Virus record (IMG/VR): IMGVR_UViG_3300046008_001858
DNA: 64,000 bases
Reading direction: 5' to 3' (one strand)
Origin: an uncultured virus (IMG/VR IMGVR_UViG_3300046008_001858)
Lineage: Duplodnaviria > Heunggongvirae > Uroviricota > Caudoviricetes
Position numbers and translations under genes: made by a program. Shown in pieces: positions 57,751-64,000 of this stretch; positions within the stretch are counted from its first letter, which is position 1; every line of letters begins with the position of its first letter. The notes under the pieces are model-generated. The model was not told where the DNA came from and did not search any database. It was given only the letters and a program-made list of their open reading frames with translations.

Positions 57751-58347
57751 ATGGGTCAAGCTAAAGAAAAAATAAAATATGAAGAAATAGTTAAGAATGT
57801 TGCTGAAAAAATTGCAACCTATATTGAAGATAATGATATTAAAGGTTCTTGTCATTTTGTATCATATTTTTATAAATATTATTTATTAAAATATCATAAT
57901 ATTAATATTAAAATTCATAGCGGAATAATTGTTCCTTCGAATGATTCTTTTGGTTTTCATTCTTGGAATTCATTTAATGGAAAATTAATTGATTTAACAA
58001 TTCATAAACAAAATATTGTAGATTATAACTGTATTATTCTTGATAATATATTTATTGACAAAGGTATAATGGCAGTTACTTATAATCATGATCAATTACC
58101 AGAACGTTATTTAAACACTTGTAATATAAAAGCTAAAGAAGAGTATGATTTAAAAAATAAAACTTCTTTATCCGCAGAAGAAGAGAAGTTTTTAATTATT
58201 TTATCAGACTTTTTAGATATGGATGCAAGATTAAATAAATTTGAAAAATTTAATTATTCAACTATTAAAGAATTAGAAGAATACTTATATCTTTCAGACA
58301 ATGATAATGAAAGAAAATTATTTTTTAATTTATTCGATATAAAATAA
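57751..58347 (+). CDS. Hypothetical protein with transglutaminase-like C-H-D pattern
   Basis: GSCH..HSW..LIDLT. Confidence 0.6.
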   Translation: MGQAKEKIKYEEIVKNVAEKIATYIEDNDIKGSCHFVSYFYKYYLLKYHNINIKIHSGIIVPSNDSFGFHSWNSFNGKLIDLTIHKQNIVDYNCIILDNIFIDKGIMAVTYNHDQLPERYLNTCNIKAKEEYDLKNKTSLSAEEEKFLIILSDFLDMDARLNKFEKFNYSTIKELEEYLYLSDNDNERKLFFNLFDIK

Positions 58348-58477
58348 TGACCAAAAAATACTGTGTAGTAGATTATATCAAAAGGTATATGATCTGTTAG
58401 GACACGATGTTGATAAAACGAAGATAAACTCAGTAAATATGGTTTGAATAATATATAATAATAAAAGGAGAATAAAA

Positions 58478-58720
58478 ATGCAATTTATAAAAAATAAATA
58501 CTATCAATTAAAATTGTGGATTTGGTGGAATTTTGTTATTAAAAAAAATGAATTTTCTAAAAAACTTGATCTTTTTTATATCAAAAGAAGATGTAAAAAA
58601 TTATCTTTAACTGAATTGTCATATCTTGTTGTTCGACAGCGTCAATTAGCGCATGATTTGGACAATGGTGACGCTGTAAGTGTTGAGGCTATTATTAAGA
58701 GTAGAATAGCTATTTTTTGA
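58478..58720 (+). CDS. Hypothetical protein
   Basis: 80-aa ORF with AGGAG RBS. Confidence 0.6.
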   Translation: MQFIKNKYYQLKLWIWWNFVIKKNEFSKKLDLFYIKRRCKKLSLTELSYLVVRQRQLAHDLDNGDAVSVEAIIKSRIAIF

Positions 58721-58834
58721 GTTGTCACTTTTTATTCTCAATATGTTAATTTAAAATTAATTTTTTTCCAAAAATTTCAATTATGTTTTTATTTTTTGAA
58801 ATTTTAAAGTTAAATCCCTTCACCATTATCACAA

Positions 58835-59150
58835 ACCCGCTATGCGATCTTCGATTCTGCTTCGCAGCCCTTATCACCCTCTGCACCCTTCTCGCCTTTG
58901 GCTCAAGCACCCACTTCGTGATCTTCGATTTCGTGCTCGTTTGAGCAGCTTCGCTGTTAAACAAGTTGGTTCAAGCAGATAAATCTGTTTTCAGGTGGCG
59001 TTTGTTCCAGTCCCTTTCATTAAACTACGTTTAACTTAGCACCCAGCTTCGCTGATCCTTTCTTCGAAACTGCGTTGCAGTGTCGATTTCGTGTTTCTGA
59101 CTCGTTCAGCCCTACTGGAACTGTTTTAGCTATGCTTGACAGTGTCATTT
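58835..59150. repeat. GC-rich island of short CTTCG-loop hairpins
   Basis: CTGC-TTCG-CAG, CAGC-TTCG-CTG (x2), GATCTTCGATT (x2), CGATTTCGTG (x2), AGCACCCA (x2). Confidence 0.65.
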
Positions 59151-59323
59151 CTTATCTGATATAATATCAAATGCCTGTAATAGGTCTGTCTTATATATAC
59201 TTTTAGTAGTATTTAAATAAATTTTCATCTATTGATATTGGAATTTGAAAATCTTATATATATTTATAGTAGTATGTAGATATATTAAATCTATGTGTGA
59301 AATACGCTGCCTTAAAAAGTTTT

Positions 59324-60157
59324 TTAAATATAAAAACTTTCAAACCAATTAGCAAATATTTCACTATTTAAATCATAGTTCTCTAATTTTTTGTAAGAAT
59401 CTAAATTAAAACTTGATTTATTTTTTTCAACTATTTTAATATGATTTTTTGATAAATAATATTTATAATTTAAGTTAAAATCCAAGTTATTTTCAAAAAT
59501 GAAATGTCCTAATTCATGAAAAAATACATAAGGATTTCTAGGATCTATTATTATTAGATTTTTACTAATAAACATTCCTTCTTTTTTATATTTTCTTATT
59601 TTTTTAAATCTAATTTGAAGATCTGGATATTTAATTTTTAAAGAATCAATACTTTCTTTTATTTTTCTAAAAAACATTAATAATTCAAATAATTTATAAT
59701 CTTTTGGTATTTCAACTAAAGATAATTTCAAATACTTTATTATTTCTATAATTTCTTTTTTTACTAATAAATTATGTCCTGTTAAAAAATCTTTATTTTC
59801 ACCGTTTAAAATTTCAATAGACAATTTATTTGTTGTCAATATATGTTCTGATTCAGATTTTTTATAACCTTTTTTATTCTTTTCTTTATATTCCAATATT
59901 TCTTTTATATACAACCAGTTTAAACCGTCTTCTAGGTCTATTGTATGATAGATATCACTTATATACTTATCGTCAAGATTATATGTGTTTATGAGACTTT
60001 CAGAGAGCTTATTTCTTTTAAAAACAAGCATATTATTAATATTGAATATTTTTTTATCTTTTTGTATAAATTTTAAATTATTTGACAATTCATTTTGAAT
60101 ATTTAAATAATCAAAAATCTTATTTTGTTTGTATTCTTTAATTAAAGATTTAAGCAT
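59324..60157 (-). CDS. Putative zinc metallopeptidase (HExxH)
   Basis: FFHELGH and SEIFANWF motifs; coupled to hsdR. Confidence 0.6.
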   Translation of the reverse strand: MLKSLIKEYKQNKIFDYLNIQNELSNNLKFIQKDKKIFNINNMLVFKRNKLSESLINTYNLDDKYISDIYHTIDLEDGLNWLYIKEILEYKEKNKKGYKKSESEHILTTNKLSIEILNGENKDFLTGHNLLVKKEIIEIIKYLKLSLVEIPKDYKLFELLMFFRKIKESIDSLKIKYPDLQIRFKKIRKYKKEGMFISKNLIIIDPRNPYVFFHELGHFIFENNLDFNLNYKYYLSKNHIKIVEKNKSSFNLDSYKKLENYDLNSEIFANWFESFYI

Positions 60158-63100
60158 TAATTCTCCAAAAAGTAAAATATTTCTTTTTCATTTGCAAGAA
60201 TATCGTCAATAAAAATAAGTAATTCTTCTTTTAAATTGTTGTAAAAAGTTGGATGAATATTTTGTTTTACAATAACAACTCCTTTTTTAAACAGTGTAAT
60301 TCGTAATTCATTTCCTTTATTCATATAAATTAAATTTTTCTTAATCGTTTCTATAATAGCTTCAATATTATTTTGTGTAGATTTTGTTTCGTTTATGACG
60401 TTTATAACTACAGATACAATGATATTAGTATATTCTTCAACATTACAAAGATCAATTGTAGACTCAATATCTATCAATGTTTTTTTAATTAAATTATCTA
60501 TAAGTGCTGTCAAATAATATTTAATATGATTGTTATCATGTTTATTTGAAATTGTTTCTTTTATAGAATTTGTAATTTTTTCAGTTTGTTCTTTTATAGA
60601 GTCTAATTCATCGACACTAAATGATTCTTTATTTAATAACATAAGTAGATTTTCTATTTCTTCAAGAATTGACTTTTCTAAAATAGATCTTCCTAAATTA
60701 GATAATTTATTTTTTATAAAATCTTTTTTTCTACTATTTATAATTTCTATTTCTACAGATGTATATTCATTTAATGTAACTTCTTCAGGAATAAATTCTC
60801 CAAAAATCTTATTTGATACATCTTTTAAATCTATTTTTAATAAAAATAAATTTTCATGAAGAATATCTCGTTTTTGAGTTTCTGTTAATTTATATAATTC
60901 ATTTCTTTCAATTAAGTCTTTATTTATCATTCTTAAATTAGATAAAAATGTTTTAAGTCTTATTTTATCTTTATGGTTTATGAATAAAGAAGGAACAATA
61001 ACTTTTGATAATTGTTCGTTTAATTCTTTAACTTTATTAAAATAATGATCTTTATCTTCTAATGAATTTATGCCAGCTAAAGCTTTAATAATTCCTTGTT
61101 CTGTTTTTAATTGTGCTTCGTCAATTTTAAATAACGCTAAAAAGGATGGAATCGTATTATCTTCAATATCTTTTAAAATTAAAAATGCTTCATCTTCTGA
61201 AATAGCTATCGATGTAGATTCAAAATTTTCACCTGAATTATAAAGATCAAATGATTTTTTAAATATATCAAAATTAATATCTTTATTATGAGTAATATCA
61301 TAAACATAACTAGCTAATTTACCTTCTCTTATTGTTGCACCTCTTGTTGCTATTTGCATAATAAGTTTAAGATCATGAATATATCTATTTAAAAATACAG
61401 TAACTAATTCTTTTAAATCAAAACCCATAAGATGTTTTCCAACGATAATTAATACATCTATAGAATCTTCATGTTGAAGCATAAATTCTTCTTTTACAGA
61501 TGTTTTTCCAGCGACTAATACACCATTAATATTCGTTTCGTCAAAGTCAAGTTCTATTTTTAATCTTTTATCTTCAGAACTCCAAATATCTTCACCTAAT
61601 TTTGTATTTGAAACATCTATTCCAAATCTAATTGATCGATATCTATTTTGTTTAATATCTTTAATATTTTGAGTCTGATCAAGATCCATATTTTCTGATT
61701 GATTTAATAAAATATGTTTTTTCAAATCTAATATAAATTTCATTCCTTCTTGAATTGAAGATACAACTAAAAATGCTTTTGGTCTAAAAGGTAAAGTTGC
61801 TTTCAATTCATATAAATGATTAACAATTAAATCCATTTTCTTTTTATTTAATTCTCTTTTTAAAGAATCTATTGCTATTTTAGTTTCATCTGAATTTATT
61901 TTTTTAATTGAATCAGTTTGATATGTTTCAAAAGCAGACAATATATATGATAATTCTTCTTTTGTGTAATAATAAAGAGGGCCATCTTCATCTATCTCTT
62001 TTTCATCTAACAGTATTTCTAGTACCTTTTCTAATTCTTCATCTATTGAACAATCTAAGCGTTTTGACATTATTATATTTTTAATTTTTTTGTGAGTACT
62101 AAATTTAGCAATAAAATCTTTAATATTAAGTTTTAAATCATTGAAATAACTGTTTAACTGTACTTCAAGATTTTGAAATTTTAATAAAAGTTTTTTATCA
62201 TCTTCTAATTCACTTTCCCATTTTGCATATTTAAAAAAACAAGGTAAAACTGTATTTAATTTACGTGCATTATTTGGAGTAAAATTATCAATTTGTTTTC
62301 CCATTCTTTCTGACGTTATATCTTGTAATACACCATCTCTATTTTCAATTACAGGAGTAGCTGTTGCTGATACATAAGATGCATGTGGAAACATTATTTT
62401 TCTAACTGCAGCATAACCACTTATTAAATTTTGGTGTGTATGATTTTCATCTACTAAAAATAAATATTCCTGACTATTTTTAACCTCTTTTTTTATGTAA
62501 TCGATAGAAGATTCCATTTTTTGAATATTTGTTAAATAAATTTTACATCCACTAACTTTTTCATTTATAGCTTTTTTAAATTCTGCTTTTGTTGTTATTT
62601 CTTGATATGCTGTATTGTTAATAGTTATAAGTGTTTCTTTTAAATTATCCTTAACTGTTAAATCATGAGTAAGTATAATAATTTTTTTAAATTTTATTGA
62701 ATTTTTTCTAACATATTCTAAAATTAATTTAAATGTATTTGATTTACCACTTCGAGTATGGTGTTTGAAATATACTGAAACAGGCTCTGTTTTCTTCAAT
62801 TCTTCAATAATTTTTTTAGCAGCAAAATATTGTTGAACCCTTGCATTAATTAAATTGTTTTCACTTACAAATGTATAGTTTATAATATAGCTTAAAATAT
62901 CTTCTTGTTTTGTAAAAAGTTCTGTTGCTAAGTCAAAAAAAGAATTTTCTGTTTTTTTATTATCACCATAAGATTCCCATAAAGGATTGTTTTTATTTTT
63001 ATAATTACTTGTTATAAATGTATTTTGTGTATCTGTTCCTACACAAAATAAAAATCTATGATAAGTTTTTTTATTTACGATATCTTCTATTGCTTCTGTA

Positions 63101-63666
63101 TATCCTGTACTTAAAGATTTTATTTCAATACAAACAGTTGGAATTCCGTTTAAATATATAGCAAAATCTGGATATTCAGTTTTTGCATTAGATTCTTTAA
63201 TTCTTTTTTCTTTAATAATTTGAAGAATATTTTGTTCAGGATTTGAAGTATTGAAAATAAAGTATGTTTCTATTATTTTTTCATTATTTTTATCTGTTAA
63301 TGTAAATTGACGATTATCATTGATTGTATATAATTCATAAAGATCTTTATTTGTTTTTGTTAAGTCATTTATTATTTTATCAAACTTTTGTATAAAATCA
63401 CTTATAATTAACATTGTAAGAGTTTCTACTGGTATATGATTGTGTCTTTGATACAATCCTTTGTTTCCGTTTTTAATTGCTTCTGTGAGGTCTTGTATAA
63501 GGAGATATGGATGAGCTTGAAGTTCGTCATCTCTGTCTGTTTTTTGTAATTCCTCATAAATTTCTTTTTTTTGAGAAATTCTAAAGAATTGACTTATTTT
63601 TGTTTGAATCTGTTTTTCGTTTAAACTTTTTTTTAGATCTTCTGCTAATTTTTCTATTTCTTTCAT
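60157..63666 (-). CDS. hsdR: Type I restriction enzyme subunit R (divergent)
   Basis: PDFAIYLNGIP..IEIK nuclease motif, QQYFA, HHTRSGKS, DENH, ATATP and HLMGFD. Confidence 0.88.
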   Translation of the reverse strand: MKEIEKLAEDLKKSLNEKQIQTKISQFFRISQKKEIYEELQKTDRDDELQAHPYLLIQDLTEAIKNGNKGLYQRHNHIPVETLTMLIISDFIQKFDKIINDLTKTNKDLYELYTINDNRQFTLTDKNNEKIIETYFIFNTSNPEQNILQIIKEKRIKESNAKTEYPDFAIYLNGIPTVCIEIKSLSTGYTEAIEDIVNKKTYHRFLFCVGTDTQNTFITSNYKNKNNPLWESYGDNKKTENSFFDLATELFTKQEDILSYIINYTFVSENNLINARVQQYFAAKKIIEELKKTEPVSVYFKHHTRSGKSNTFKLILEYVRKNSIKFKKIIILTHDLTVKDNLKETLITINNTAYQEITTKAEFKKAINEKVSGCKIYLTNIQKMESSIDYIKKEVKNSQEYLFLVDENHTHQNLISGYAAVRKIMFPHASYVSATATPVIENRDGVLQDITSERMGKQIDNFTPNNARKLNTVLPCFFKYAKWESELEDDKKLLLKFQNLEVQLNSYFNDLKLNIKDFIAKFSTHKKIKNIIMSKRLDCSIDEELEKVLEILLDEKEIDEDGPLYYYTKEELSYILSAFETYQTDSIKKINSDETKIAIDSLKRELNKKKMDLIVNHLYELKATLPFRPKAFLVVSSIQEGMKFILDLKKHILLNQSENMDLDQTQNIKDIKQNRYRSIRFGIDVSNTKLGEDIWSSEDKRLKIELDFDETNINGVLVAGKTSVKEEFMLQHEDSIDVLIIVGKHLMGFDLKELVTVFLNRYIHDLKLIMQIATRGATIREGKLASYVYDITHNKDINFDIFKKSFDLYNSGENFESTSIAISEDEAFLILKDIEDNTIPSFLALFKIDEAQLKTEQGIIKALAGINSLEDKDHYFNKVKELNEQLSKVIVPSLFINHKDKIRLKTFLSNLRMINKDLIERNELYKLTETQKRDILHENLFLLKIDLKDVSNKIFGEFIPEEVTLNEYTSVEIEIINSRKKDFIKNKLSNLGRSILEKSILEEIENLLMLLNKESFSVDELDSIKEQTEKITNSIKETISNKHDNNHIKYYLTALIDNLIKKTLIDIESTIDLCNVEEYTNIIVSVVINVINETKSTQNNIEAIIETIKKNLIYMNKGNELRITLFKKGVVIVKQNIHPTFYNNLKEELLIFIDDILANEKEIFYFLEN

Positions 63667-63686
63667 TTTTACATATTCTCCCTTGG

Positions 63687-64000
63687 TTATCTTGTTCTTA
63701 TTCTACCTGATAAAAGCTCTTGCTGAAAGAATTTAAATCTTTTTTCTTCTTTTTTTAGGTTTTGCTCTTCTTTTTCTATTAAATTGTCTGATTTAGTTAA
63801 TAATGTTGCTATTAGAGTTTGCTCTAATATGTTTTTTGTTAAAATTAGTTTTGAATTATTTAATGTTTTTTGATTCATTAATGGTGATCCAAAAGCATTT
63901 CTTCCTGCATTTAAGATTGAATATATTGGTAATATATAATAAAAATATTTTAAATTAACATTTTTATTAGTTTTATAATCAAATCCCATAATTGCTTCAT
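63687..64000 (-). CDS. hsdS: Type I restriction specificity subunit S, C-terminal part (runs off window)
   Basis: LEQTLIATLL..D.LIE..K..QQELLSG conserved helical spacer, upstream of hsdR. Confidence 0.75.
   Translation of the reverse strand, partial: EAIMGFDYKTNKNVNLKYFYYILPIYSILNAGRNAFGSPLMNQKTLNNSKLILTKNILEQTLIATLLTKSDNLIEKEEQNLKKEEKRFKFFQQELLSGRIRTR

Noticed and set aside
58746..58964. 72-aa ORF over the hairpin island
   Set aside because: No RBS and atypical composition; better explained by the repeat and hairpin structure.
1..64000. Alternative genetic code or suppressor tRNAs
   Set aside because: Long conserved genes are intact in code 11, all three stops are used, and no CTA, TTA or TCA anticodon was found.

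Overview
AT-rich 64-kb segment, most likely from a jumbo phage or a large plasmid or other extrachromosomal element with a Campylobacterota host. This is inferred from TTTAAG..TATAAT promoters, a FapA/DUF342-type gene and many short orphan ORFs; no capsid or replication genes are in the window, so the replicon type cannot be settled. Recognisable proteins: SecA, TilS, TatD, rhomboid protease, macrodomain, ADP-ribosylglycohydrolase, HAM1/RdgB-like NTPase, two GGDEF proteins (one with EAL), SNF2 helicase, TnpB and type I R-M subunits (HsdR, partial HsdS). Four RNA-gene islands (about 0.87-1.9, 7.0-7.95, 33.8-36.5 and 53.0-56.1 kb) carry canonical tRNAs and many atypical tRNA-like RNAs. The top candidate new system is two tandem leader-peptide/terminator units, both containing YQPQH, directly upstream of a tRNA array whose readable anticodons are Tyr, Gln, Pro and His. 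This suggests ribosome-mediated attenuation that switches on a matching tRNA supply. Other notable RNAs: three pseudoknotted 8/4 tRNA-Tyr-like RNAs, a 23S rRNA L11-binding-domain mimic with a large insert, circularly permuted (YrlA-like) tRNA mimics, a family of expanded tRNA-like RNAs and an HDV-like ribozyme. All structures were paired by eye; nothing was computed or searched.
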